Positions 35,693 through 49,212 of a stretch of DNA of 64,000 nucleotides are shown piece after piece; positions within the stretch are counted from its first letter, which is position 1, and every line of letters starts with the position of its first letter. The translations under genes and the position numbers were made by a program. The stretch comes from Pavona decussata (Eukaryota), in assembly GCA_977016875.1 (NCBI GenBank), contig CDRNST010000010.1:3286001-3350000 (forward strand), given 5' to 3'. The notes below the pieces were generated by a model. It ran no database searches. It worked only from the letters and a program-made list of their open reading frames with translations, and had not been told where the DNA came from.

Positions 35693-35791
35693 CTTGGTAT
35701 TAGAAGACGCATTTTTGGCATCATAAACAGCACAGTGCAACAACATCACCAGGAAAAATAAAAACACAGCAACGGAGATTGCTCTAGTCAT
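35693..35791 (-). CDS. CTHRC1-like copy B exon 1 (signal peptide), separated from exon 2 by the Polinton
   Basis: MTRAISVAVFLFFLVMLLHCAVYDAKNASSNTK|GTAAGT; nearly identical to exon 1 of copies C and D. Confidence 0.9.
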
Positions 35792-38700
35792 GTTGAAATA
35801 GACACACTCGTGAGAATAAGAACCGAAGTAGCTTTACACAGATATGATGCTCGAAGGTTATGATTTCAGAACGGCAGAAAACAAGAATAAGAAAAAAAGG
35901 GGTTTGAATAAATTTCTGCGACATTTTTCGAGTTCGTAAAGTAAACGTGAGATGCTGTCGATCTGCCACGTTTTCATAGTTGATCTGTAGCAAGTCAGCC
36001 ACGGAAGCTTACGCGTAACTTAAAAATTTAGCACAAGTTATCTGTTGTTTGTTTTTCACTCTCCGTTGGCGTTAATTTAGGAAAAAGGCGAAAATTTATT
36101 GAAACAGAATGCAATAAAGACATTTGAAATTTGTTTGCTTCTATTTCGGTGGAAGAAAAAACTCGCGATAAATATGCACGACGAAAGATTTCCCTTACTC
36201 TTGACGGCAGCGATATTTTTATGCCTAAGGTCAATCGTGGTTTCATTAGCGCGTTACCAAATATTTTCAACAGCTATCAAAGTAACACTGTTTATAGTCA
36301 ATAGAATGTGGGTTTCTTAGGCGCGGTCCAGGCGCCTGAAGTGATGAAATATTCGCCTTGTCAAGCAGCGATCATTATACTTAGGATTTCTTCATTCAAG
36401 AGAGTAATATTGAGATTGCTTGAGGCATGAAGCGTTCATGACCCACAGCAACCAGCGCCAAGCAACTGAAGAAAATGAACGTCCTATTAAATATACACCG
36501 GTATATATATTTTTCAGCTGTTTGTTTTTATCAGTTTTTATAATCCACAGTAGACCGTACGTGGTCAGATCTGTGCAGTTCACTATTTTCTGTCATTTTC
36601 CCGCTTTGTTTCCTTCTAGGAAATAAAGAGCCTACTTGCATTTTTTTTCAAAAGAAACAGAAGATTAAAAGAAATTTGAATTGTAATTACTATGAAATAT
36701 TTAAATCTGTTCCCATTTACCACTACCAAAATTTGGCGAAGAAGCAAGACGCTCAAAGATTTTACTGATAACTACGAAATATATCTAAATTAGACGTCGA
36801 GTATTGGTGTATAAACCAAGATATCTGCTCGTGTCCGGCACGATAAACGATTTGTAGCTTGATTGCCTTAGTTGACACGAGGAAGAAACATTTTGAAACG
36901 ATGGTGATAAGCAAAACAATCTGACTACTTACTCTTGTCTTTTCTAGGAAGTCTCGATATTGTTTTACGCCAGTAGTTCAGAAACAGATGGTTTGAAATA
37001 TTATGTAGGGGTTATAGAGTTGTGAGTATTCTTTCAAACCGTGAGGACTTCTAAGTTCGTCCCGCGAATAACGGTCATTGCATGCTTCCTCCCCTACATA
37101 TATGCGAAGTTTGAAAAGATTTCACGGTTTGGTTGATTCATAAATGAAGTACGGCTGAGGTATAAAGGTCAACCTCGATGCGCTCTTCATAAACAGAATA
37201 CGAAAAATTCCTTTCCTGAGCTCCCGGATTGTTCAGTTTATGGCCTTGCAAAAGGAATACGTTTCTAAGATGCTACACTTTTACCTGGTCGGATTCTTTA
37301 GAAGAAAATTCAAGTGTCTGAACGCGTTAGGGCCGAGCTGTTATAGCTTTCTGAATTCGAAAATGCTAGATGGCATTATTTCGCATTTCGAAGAGAAACT
37401 AAAATATTTTTTCAAAAAAAAATTTTCAGCTTAAGCTTAAGGTTTTCAACACAGTTTTACCTGAAATTCAGAGGTGATTCAGTTTGCCTTTTAAAAGGAC
37501 ATTCAATGCCAACGAATCAGGCCCTTTCACGCGAAATTAGCCGCTATTATTACCTGGAGCAAAATTGGCCCAAATGCTACAATCTTTGTTTTAATTTGGA
37601 AGGGTGATGACCAATACTTCCTGTGCAAAATTGATTTTGGACATGTATTCAAAGTCAAAGAACTGACAGAAGGTACTTGGCACAAAAATTTTGGCGATGA
37701 AATGGTTTGCTGGAACGTAGGCAATCCCGTTTCTATACATTCGTCTGTAGAGCCCACAATTAAGATTATTCAAAGTTGATTATTTTACTTGTATCGCATC
37801 AACTTCAGAAATAATGATCCCAATGTTAATTATCTGTTATTGGATTCTGGTAGAAACAGCGCATCACTTGTTTGCCCCAATTTAACAAAATTCGCCAATT
37901 CGCGAGGGAGGGATTTTAAAATTATTTTCCGAATACCAATGCGTTGGTGTTTAGAGTATTCTTGTCGTTGTGTTAGCGATTTTAGACATGCAAGTCAAAC
38001 TGACAGAATTTTTGTTTTTCAAAAATTTAAGTCAACTGATGAGCAGTTTCAGTTGATTGGTCACCTGTTCAAACCCTTAGAAGCCCTCCGCAAAGTCAGC
38101 CGATTTAAGAAAATAATCGCATATTCGTTTTAACAAATTGCATTGAAAAGCGAACTGCATCATGGAAAAGTACGGCTGATAATCTTTGAAAAGTCAGAAT
38201 TTCATCGCGAGACACTTTTCAACTGGAACGCGAATTTGTAATAAGAAAATAAGTTTACAGGTTTAAATTTCAGTACAGCATAGCGAGCAACGTCATGCTC
38301 GGAAAAATACTACTTAATTAAAGCTTTTATCCGGTTGAATTGTCAGGCGGATAATTTAATAGCATACATTAGTTCCTTCGAAAGCTAAGATTTTATTGAA
38401 TGAGTAGCCGAACGAAAATACACAAAATAATTCAACAATTTTATCCAAATTTACTTCAATTCTATTCAGAAGCAGAGACCATATAATATTCAGTCCTAAT
38501 ATTCTTAGCTAAACTAGATTGAATTTAATCTTACCTTGATAGCAGCGGAAACATCTCATCAAGACACACACCAAGCACAGTCTGGAAATACGAGTAGACA
38601 AAATATCTAGAGAATTGTTACGACGGAAATTAAACTAAATTGATTGCCTGAATGTTCCTTTCATTGCAAGGCCGAAGAGCGCGACAACATTCTTGAGATG

Positions 38701-40811
38701 CAAAACTTAGCAGGAACAAAACGGACGTTTTTGAATCAATTAATTTTGCGAACTTTTTCTTGTTTACTAATTCAAAGGTTTCTACTCTGTGATGTAAACT
38801 TTTGTCTGATGTCTCGCCGCTGTATTTAGGAACTAAGAGAGGAAAATAAACCGAAGACTTGTCCACGAAACACATCTGAACTCCAGTCGTCGAAAACAAA
38901 GCGAACAATTTGGATTTGCAGTAATTTAAAATATGAACGGTAGATTAGTTTATTTCCGTTCTGATAATTATGTATGAGTACAGTTTTCAGTTGAAGGAAA
39001 TGTTAATAGATATATAAGCAAACATGATTTATTATGGACAACTAACAAATATTTGTAAAAGAAATGTTACTGAAGTGCATTAGCTAGCGTTTATAATCAA
39101 TACGCCCGGGAAAGCGAATTGTTTTAACGACGAGGGAAAGGAATGGGACAAAATTCTGGTAGGCTCGATTTCTGGCGCTTCCTCGGGTCCGGGACTTCCT
39201 CCTCGAGAAGAGAACGGTCAGGGAGGAGCGCGGGCTCATTTATCGAACAGCGACTTAGGCTGGCCTATCTTCTAATTTTTTGGAGACTAACAGAAACTTT
39301 CTGACAAAATAAGCCACCCAGAGTACAAGGGGCGTTGATGGATATTTCTCGTAAATCATTTGTAAACAGTCAGTTAGGACACAAGATTTCTAAGTTGGGT
39401 GCTCTCAAGATTAATGCCCGTTGGCGGAATTTGGGCGAATAAACGCTTCCTCTTTTATGAATTGACTGGGAATTATTAAGTGGCTGTCTTCTAAAGATCC
39501 TCATCACCCAAACTGATTTGCTTCAAAATCTTGTCCGCCTGTGGTTTACACTAACTTTGCCTTGTAACTTCATACAAAACTTCCAAGAATAATATATAAG
39601 CCAGCCATCAGGAGAAAACGCTGTTTATCCAGCTTCTTTCTCGTTTTTGATATTTCCGATTTATGAGAAAATTTTATTGAAGACGAAGAAGAAACCCGTG
39701 TAACTCATCTTTATCAAACAATATTCTGTAAAAAGGAATTACACATCACGTAGACAAAGACAGAACTGAAGAACTGACTATGCAGAGGGAAAGGACTATG
39801 AAGGGAAGAGCAGAACCCGACCAACCAATCCTACGAGTCCACATACACGGATCAGAAAGTCCCAAAAGCAAACATCCTAAGTTCTGTGTGCCCTATAAAG
39901 CCCGATTCATACTGTGATAAGCGAGGTCATAAGAAAAGAAAAATCACGTGTGGATCAGTGTGGGGTAAGCAACACCACAAACAAGACATTTTTTTGTTTT
40001 CCTGATGCTTATTTGAGGGACAATTGTGAACTGGTGAGAGATAAGCTGTGCATAGGCAGAACTCAGCAGAGCTGCGCATGCGCATGTCGCCTTGTGCCTG
40101 TACGTATCACACAGTGTGAATGTACTTGTGCTGTGCTTAAAGGTGTGCTTGTGTGAACCAGGACTGACTCTGCTCGCCGAACGTTTTAGTTTAATTTGCC
40201 TTGGGGATTCTGCTGAAGACAGTTTTTGATGTTTGCCAATGTGAAAGAATGTTACGTTCATCGTACTGTATTGTTTTGAGCAAAAAATGTCAAAGTTAAC
40301 TGAGTGATTGGAATTGCTAAAGAATGCTGACACACTTTGTTTCTTGTAATTGACGTATTCTTAAAAAGCATTAAAAATTTGATTTGAATTCCGAGAGTAT
40401 CAGTTAGTATCAAATGCAGTGCAGATAGCCCCTCTGTTCTGGGAACAATACGAAAGCAGAGAGCATTATTTTTCTTCCAAGCACCCAAGGATTTTTAGCT
40501 TCATTGTCACAGATTAGGTAGTTCAGAGAAGAACAAAGATATCAAAAATAAACAGTAGAATTGTGCAACACGCTAAATAGTTAAAGCAGTATTTATTAAA
40601 CCTTAAAGAAGATCCCGTACATAAGCCAGTGCCGGGCCGTTTAATTTGCCGGTTGCAAGAAAAGCTGATCCACGCTTAAAAAATCTTCCAGCTTCAGTTA
40701 TTCCCCTCATGTAAAAAGCTTACTGGTAATACTAAGAAAACTACAAGCACCCACGTACAATAATGCTTCTAGTCAGTTCTAAAAATAAAACTGCTGCATG
40801 TTCCTGCCTTG

Positions 40812-43310
40812 CTACTGGGAACTAGGGACTTCTTCAATAATCAAACGAGACACCGAATTCCAGCCTGTATGGCCACCAGAGTTTCCATATCCTGCACAGT
40901 TTCCGATGTTGATTGCCACACGGATTTTCCCCTTGTGAATATTGTCACAGTAGCCTTCTATTGCTCCATGTCTGTGGCTGTTGTTGCTACTGGTTCTGAT
41001 CCACAGTACGGCGTCAATAGGCATTGGACGGCTGCACTCGGCGCCATTGAAGCTGATGAACCATCGCTTACAGCAGTTGCCGCAACTTCCCACGTATATG
41101 TTGCCTTGAAAAACAACGCGAAGAGCTGTGTCGTCCTTGTGTTTAGTAAACTGGCAATCCTACAACAACAGAAAATAATTTTTTACAATTCAATTCGCAA
41201 TGCTCTTTTCACAGGGATCACTTTGTAACAGTAATCAATATCGCGGAGTTATATATTCAAGGAAAGGATTTTTGATGCATGAGAAAGAAGACACTAATCT
41301 ATGTGGGGAACTTTCGAATAATTCAGTACCTCCAATTTGCGACACGTTCTCGTGCTGTTTGTTGCCAAGGCAATGAATGAAGACAAAACTCACCTTTATC
41401 AGGCCAATGTCGCGACCGTCACTTTTTTTCCAAACACATTGCTTCCAGGTCTTTTGAACAGTGTTATTACCACTTGCTCCAGTCTCTCCCTTGCCACCAG
41501 GTGGTCCCGGGATACCTGCCACGCCCTTGTCTCCTTTAGCACCATCTCGGCCTATTTCTCCCTTAAAACCACGTGGCCCAAGGGGACCTGCCACGCCCTG
41601 TTGTCCTTTGGTCCCATCGCGTCCGTCGTGGCCTGGAAACCCGTTATGTCCATTCACACCATTACTCCCAGGAAGGCCGGGTGATCCTCGCGGGCAGAAG
41701 TTGGGGTTCTGTGTGATAAAAGCCCATTAAAATCAGAAACTATTTGCCAAAAACTAGAATGAACTTTGAAAAGGAATTCTTTACTCTTCGACCAAGGACG
41801 GATTTAGTTGAATACAAGATCAGGTTAATGTAGTATTTAAGAAAATAAATCTCACCCCTATACCCTTTTCCCCTCCCACCCGTAGAATTACCAGAAGAAC
41901 AAAACAAACAAACAAAACTTGTAAAGACTGAATCTTTCATAGGTCTGGTTCAAATCGTCATTCTGCTTTCATCTATATTGGCCGAAGTTGAAGTCAAAAA
42001 CATTAGGAAGCAACTCGTACAAAGAAGACAATTTTAGTTAGATTGAACTAAACAGAATTTAAAATATTTGTTTTATTGTGAAAGAAACATTAGCAACTTA
42101 ACTCTTGGCTGTTGGGAATGACTGTACTGACAGGAATTTCTACAAAGTACGTTTTTAAGGTTACCCTATACCTTCAGAGGTGTCTCGCGTTTAAGCGATG
42201 TAGCGCGTCCAGTTTAAACTGTAGATATCTAAACCCCTATATCAAATTAAAGCTTATAGAGCTGGCTATCAAAGGAGCCGTATCAAACTATACCAAGAAT
42301 TTTAAAACAAAGTGAATTGTCGAATTTTTCACGACCTCTAAATGCGAGCGTCCGAATCACCTTTTTAAAGGTACAAGACAAAGCGAATTTTTTTTTTTCG
42401 CTAATTTAATTTGCTCCTCAGTTTCCGGACCCAAAGCGCTAAACAAACGTGTCTGCGTTGAGCCATATTCAATCGCAATGAAACGTTATAGAGCATTTTC
42501 GAAATAGGCCGATGAAAAAAATGTGGAGTGATCGTACAAAAATCGCTCTCGGCGAAAAAATATTTCGAAAGAAAAAATTCACAGACACGTTTTTGTTGTT
42601 TACATGTTAAACTAGCTACTGTCCAAATTTGAAGGCAAACGAACAAATTCCTTTTGAGTTTTAGCTCTTCGAAGTGGCTCCTCCAAGTGAAAAAATTGAT
42701 TCGAGAAAACAGCGCTAAAAATTCGGCAATTCATTTTATTTTAAAATTCTTTTTAAGTTTGATAGCCAGCTCTTAAAGCTTTAATTTGATGTAAGGGTTC
42801 AGGTATCTACAGTTTAAACCGGACGCGCTACATCGCTTGGACGCGAGACACCTCTGAAGACACCTCTGAAGGTATAGGGTAACCTTAAGTTAATTTTAAG
42901 TTATTTGTTTAAGTTAGTTTAAGTTAATTACAAATAGAAACATCCTGTCAAAATATTAAGACCAATCTTCTTCCTTTTTTGAAAGCAAGAACAAAACAGT
43001 GATAACTCTTTGAAAGTAAAGCTTTATGTTTCATGAGAACATTTTACTTGTACAAACGTTCCAAATTATGCAGCGTTTTTCATTTTCGCATAACGCCGTC
43101 AACGTCGTTAAAACATTACAATTCAAAACGTTATCAAGGTATTGCATACAAGGTAGATTGTACTACAGGGTTACGACGACAAAATCCAGGCTAGTTTTGG
43201 ATAAATCTTACCTTGTTATTGGAGGACGCATTTTTGGCCTCATATAAAGCACAGTGTAACAACACCACCAAGAAAAATAAAAACACAGCAACGGAGATTG
43301 CTCCTTTCAT
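40812..43310 (-). CDS. CTHRC1-like copy C (intact, 253 aa)
   Basis: Exons 43310-43212, 41708-41394 and 41159-40812 (99+315+348 nt), phase-0 GT-AG introns. Confidence 0.9.
42159..42884. mobile_element. Kolobok-like MITE in intron 1 of copy C
   Basis: ~115-bp TIRs (GGTTACCCTATACCTTCAGAGGTGTC...), TTAA on both sides (42155-58, 42885-88); empty site in copy D near 52635. Confidence 0.8.
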
Positions 43311-44779
43311 GTCCAAATAGACACGCGCGTGAGAATAAGAACCGAAGTAGCTTTACACAGATACGATACTCGAAGGTTATGATTTCAGCACAATGGAAAA
43401 CAAGAATAAGACAAAAGCATTTGAATTAATTTCTGCGAGATTTTTCAAGTTTGTAAAGCAAACGTAAGATGCTGTCGATCTGCCACGTTTCATTGCTGAT
43501 CTGTAGGAAGTGAGCCACGGAAGCTTACGCGTAACTTGTAAAATTTAGCTAAAGTTATATTTTGTTTGTTTTTCACTCTCCATTGGTTTCAGCAATCCGA
43601 CGGAAAGTTTATAGAAATTGAATGCAATAAAGACATTTCTTCGGCTGTACTTTGCTGTGAGAAAAAACGCGCGAAGAAAGTTTCTATCCTGGTTTAGCTT
43701 TTTTTTCTTGCTTCAAATATTTGAAGGAAGCAAATTTCCTTCTACCTTAGGTCAATCGTGGTTTCCTTGCCCGTTACCAAGATTGCCAATAGCTTTCAAA
43801 AATAATGCTGTTAATAGTCAGTTGGAGTGATGTAATATTCGCCATGCCGCCGTTGCAGAGATCATTACAGTTGAGTCTTTTGCTTAAGATTCCTTCATTC
43901 AAGATAGTAATATTGAGAAGTTGCTTGAAAGACGAAGCACTCATGATTCTAAACAACCGCCGACAAGCAGCTTTACCTTTTTAATCCGTAGTTTACTGAG
44001 GTCAGATATGTGCTGTCCACAAATTTCTCTGTCACTTTGTCGCTATATAATTAGTTGTTTCGGTCTAGGAAATAAAGAGCCATCTTGCATTTTAGTTTTC
44101 AATACAAAACCATTGAAAAAATTTTGAATTGCTCTGTTTGTAGAATATTTCAATCTGTTCCAAATTTCCCACTGACAAAATTTATGGCAGAAGACAGGCC
44201 CTCAAAGTTTTACTGATAACTTTGAAAAATATCGGAATTGGCGTCGTATTGGTGTATAAACCAAGTTATCTACTCGTGTCGCACGCTAATCGATTTGCAG
44301 GTATTTCGCTGGTGGATGCGAGGAAGAAATGTTTTCTGACGACGCAGAAAAGCAAAACAATTACTATTTACTCTGGTCTCGAGAATTTCTTACGACGTTA
44401 ACTCAGAAACAGATGGTTTGAAAATATTCGTGTTTCAGAATTGTGAGCATTCTTTCAAACCAAGGACTTCTGGTGCAGTTTACATCTAAATCCGTCGAAT
44501 TAATAACGGTCATTGCATGCTTGTTCCCTTAGATATATTCGAGGTTTGACCTAATTTTTGTCTTGGTTGATTCATTATGAAGCCCAGCTAAGGTTGAAGG
44601 TCCAACTTTGATGAGCCCTTCAGAAGTGCCCAACGAGGAAAAGTGAAGTACGACAACGCTTGAGGGAAACGGGTGCTATTTTTCCCCAAAAATTAGCCTA
44701 ATGATCTAATGTTTGTTTGGAAATGTAATAAACAAAAATTCCTGTGCAAATTGATTTTTGGCGCCGAGTATTAAAGTCA

Positions 44780-46870
44780 GAGAACTGAGTGTACTTGGCA
44801 CAATATTTTCCCAATAAAATATAAGCTAAAGTAGGTTTGATGGAAAGTGGGCAATCGCGTTTCGCGAGCCCAAGGGAAAATCTGTAGATAACTAAATATG
44901 GAAAAGTTCAAAGTTGATTATTTGACTCGCATCGCATCAGCTGCAGAAATAATGATTTCTATGAAAATTATCTGTTATAGGATTCTCGTACAAACACCAC
45001 AACAATTGTTTGCCTCAATTGAACAAAATGGCGGCCAGTTCGCGAGAAAGAGCTTGTTGTGATGTATTGGTGTTTAGAGTATTCCTGTCGATGTTTCGTC
45101 GATTTTAGATCATTAAAACCGACAGAATATCTGTTTTTCAAAACATTTAAGTCAACTGATTATCATTTTCAGCCAAATCCTGGAGAGAGCTCAAAGTGAA
45201 CCGATTTAAAAAAAATAATCGAATATTCCTTTTAACAAACTACATATGAAGCGAACTGCGTCATAGGAAAGTAAGGCTCATAATCTTTCGATTGTGAGAA
45301 TTTCAGCGGGACATTCTTCAAAATTGTGACGAATTCGTTATTAGAAGAGAAGTTTACAGGTTAATATTTCAGTACAGCATAGCGAGAAACATCATGCACG
45401 GAAAAATACTGCTCAATAGTTTTATTTAGTTAAGTGGTCGAATATAGATAATTTAATACAATATATTAGTTTTATCGAAAGTAAGAACCGGGAATTCGCC
45501 AGCGCTGGTGTACTCTATTGAAAAAAAAAAACGAAGTAATTCAGCAATTCCTTTGAGGAAAATTCAAGTGGCAGAACGTTTAAGGGAACCTGGTGTTATT
45601 TATTCGAATTTGCGTGCTGCCGTAGGCTTTCCGATTTCGAACATGCTAGACGGTTTTCAGCTTTAGCCTTTCAACGCAGTCTTATCCGAAATTAAGAAGT
45701 GGTTCAGTAATGCCTTCTGAAAAGATTTCCATCGAGATGAACTATTGGGTGCATCTTGGCCTTTGTTTGAAAATGAGATGACCAAAACTTCCTGTACAAA
45801 TTGATCTTGGACATATTTACAGTCTGAAAACTGAGGGTACTTGGCACAAGATTTTGCTAATAAAGTATGAGAAGTACGGTAGGTTCGGTGGAGAGTGGAC
45901 AATCGCGTTTCCATACACTCGTTTGTAGAGCCCACAAGAAAATCTGTAGACAAGCATATAAAGAAAAATTCAAAGTTGATTATTTGACTAACATTGTATG
46001 TCGTTACGAGCTTCAGAAATAATAAATCCTTTGGAAATTATCTGTGATAGGATTCTCGTACAAACACCGCATCAGTTGCAATTGTTTGCCCTAATCATAG
46101 TTAATAAAAGGCAGTGGTTATGAAGCCTGGCAAACGTCTTTGTCATATGTTTTTGTTAGCATTTTTGGCCTTGACCGTGCACAAGCTACAAAGGACGGAT
46201 CGAAGCGTTCCTGTTAAGATGTTCAGCTGTAATGTGAACGCCAAAACAAAGGATTGTGCACGGTCGCGGCGCTTTCAACATAAATTGCAACGCCATTGTT
46301 TTCATGGCAAGGTTTCATAAGTTGCAGTCCCTCAACTAACTATTCCCCAACTGAACGAAATGGCGGCCAATTCACGAAAAAGGGCTTATTGTGATGTATT
46401 TTTGGTTAGAGTATTCATGTCGATGTTTTGTCGATTTTAAATAATTCGAACTGACAGAACCTTTGTTCTTCAAAAACTTTAAGTCAACTGATTAACAATT
46501 TTAGCTGATGGGTGACCTGTCCAAACCCTGAGGAACGCTCAAAGTAAACTGATTCAAGAAAAATAAAAGAAAATTCGTTTTACCAAAATGGATTGAAAAG
46601 CAAACGGCTTCATAGGAATGTACGGGTCATGATCTTTTGAATGTGAGAATTTCATGGTGAGATACTTCACAATTGGTACGAATTTGTAAGTTAAGAAGTT
46701 TACAGGTTTAAATTTTAGTACAGCATAGCGAAAAACGTCATGCACGCGAAAATACTGCTCAATAATTTTATTTAGTTAAGTGCTCAGATAATTTAATAGC
46801 ATATATTAGTTCCTTCCAAAAGTAAGAATCGGAAAATCGCCAGCTCTGGTATGCTCTATTGATTGAATAG
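44780..46870. repeat. Tandem duplication (2x) of a ~1-kb upstream non-coding module
   Basis: Blocks GTACTTGGCACAA, TTCAAAGTTGATTATTT, TTAAGTCAACTGAT and AGTACAGCATAGCGA recur at ~44.8 and ~45.8 kb; single copy at 37.6-38.4 kb. Confidence 0.75.
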
Positions 46871-49018
46871 TCAAACGAAAATACACAGAGTAATTAAACA
46901 ATTTTATTTCAATTTACTTCAATTCTGTTCAGCAGAGGAGACGATATAAAATTCTGTCCTAAAATTCTCAGCTTAACTAGATTGAGTTTAATCTTACCTT
47001 GGCAGCAGCGAAACATGTAGTCAAAACAGACACCAAGCATAATCTGAAGATACGAATAGAGAAAATATGAAGAGAAGTGATGCGGTGGAAATTAAACCGA
47101 ATGTTCCTTTCATTGCAGTGTTGAAGAGCGACAGCATATTTGAGATGCAAAAATTAGCGGGAACAAAACCGACGTGTTTGAATAAATTAATTCTCCGAAC
47201 TTTTTCTTGTTTGCAAATTCAAAGACTTCTGCTCTGTGTTTGTGACATTTTTTTTGATGTCCCACCGCTGTATTGTGAAATCAAGAGAGGAAAACAAACC
47301 TAAATTAAGAATTGTTGACACCTTTAAACATTAGTCTTCAAATACGAAGCGAACAATTTGGATCTTGGTCTTTGAAAATAGTTTATTTCAATTTCGTTGT
47401 GACATTTCTGTATGAACAAACGTAAAGTTGTCAGTTGAAGGAAGTGTTAATAGATATATAAGCAAACATGAACTATTCAACAAAGAACAAATAGTGTAAA
47501 AGAAATGTAGAAAAATAATAGGGAGGAGCGTGGGCTCGTTTCTCGAACGGCGGCTTGTAATGTAGCAAGGTTGGCCTTTCTTTTCATATTTTGGAGACGA
47601 CAAGAAACTTGCAGACAAAATAAGCCAACCACAGGTATAAGTGCTGTTGGTGGATATTTCTCGTAAGGCATTTTTAAAGTTTAGGACACACGAAGTTACC
47701 CTTTTTAAAGCCATAATAGTGATCACCACCAAATTTTGCCTTTTAATACCAATGCTTAGGCACCCCTGAGGTCATGAGAATTAAGGATGTGATCACCCAG
47801 AGTGAATTTTCTTGATATTTATAACAATTTTTCCCAAATACGTTTATAAGAAAAGTATGGAGACAAGATCGGAGAATTTGTTCATTGATATTAGGGGATA
47901 AAGAGTTAAGAATGCCCTGAATATTGAAACGTTGGTACTCCGTCTGTTGGATCCTGTTGCTAAATAACCTCATTATCATTTGTCGACGACGGAATTTCGA
48001 AAAGAATAAATCTGACTGGAAATTGGAAATTGTTAAGTTAAATGACCAATCCTTACCAAAAAAAGAAAGCTGGAAGAAGACAACAAACTGTGATATACGA
48101 ACAAAGTCTATTAACAAAATAAAAAATTCGCAATCAAAATACGTTCTACTGAATGTTACACAAACGCTGAAAAGCGGCAATACCATTATCATACCAAATT
48201 TACACAGGATAAATATTTGCGATACATTTTGTGACGTTTGTACGTTTGTGAAACCGAAGCAGAGACATAACTATCTTAAAACAGAGACAGAGTGCAGATT
48301 AGCAGACATGCAAAACAGACAGACAGACAGGCAGGTGAAAAGACTGGCCACTAGAGACGGACCAATGGGGGAATGCGTTAAGCATTTCTCTAGATGTTTT
48401 TTTTTTCTCTAGTCCTTGTCCCTCACCAAACTGAAACGTCCTAGTTCACAATAAGTAAGTAAATTCCAAAACATCAATTTTTGCATCAAAGCAAAACATA
48501 GAAGATAGACTGGCCGAGAGTTCATTTTTCTAAACTGTTTTAAATTTCAATCAAAATATGTTTTTTTAATATTGGGAGTGGTGTGAAAATAAAATACTCC
48601 GTGTAGATCCTTAAATCTTCTAACCTTCCAAATCAGTACCTTCAATTTGTTCTAATAGACCCCCCCCCCCCCTCCAAATCAATCTTATTCACGTGAGTGC
48701 ATTAATGCGTCTCTTTTCAGTGCACTGCACGTATTTAGTCTTAAAGTGTTTCATCACAATTTTGGCACAGCTTCGACTAAACCACAAAATCACAGAATGA
48801 GAGTTTAAAAATTGGATTTATCTAGGCTGTTGTAGTGCAGGTGATGACGATGAAACGAGGAGTATCGGATCAAAAGCACACTTGTCAGCAATTTCGTTCC
48901 TAGGGTCTGTTCTCTTCACGTCCCAGGGAGCTCCCATACATTAACGTGCATGCGAAGAAGAAAGACCTTGGGAACGAGATTAGGTTGATTAGTCAGTTGC
49001 AACTGATTAGCACAATAG

Positions 49019-49212
49019 GCAGACTCGTATCCAGTCGCTATTTCTGACGTCTTTTGTGGGGTGAGAAGATTGGACGCGAGGATGGATTGAGGCTCGCGGG
49101 GTGCCATTTTTCCTTGGCCTCTGCCCATGACACCACGCGCGCCTCAATCCATCCTCGTATCCAATCTTCTCATCCCACAAAACACGTTATTAGCGACTGA
49201 GTACGAGTCTGC
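49019..49212. mobile_element. Small fold-back MITE
   Basis: GCAGACTCGTATCCAGTCGCTA...TAGCGACTGAGTACGAGTCTGC ends plus internal inverted arms (AGAAGATTGGA...TCCAATCTTCT). Confidence 0.65.

Noticed and set aside
47743-48412. 149-aa and 162-aa overlapping ORFs
   Set aside because: AT-rich repeat mosaic, no motifs, not conserved in paralogous units
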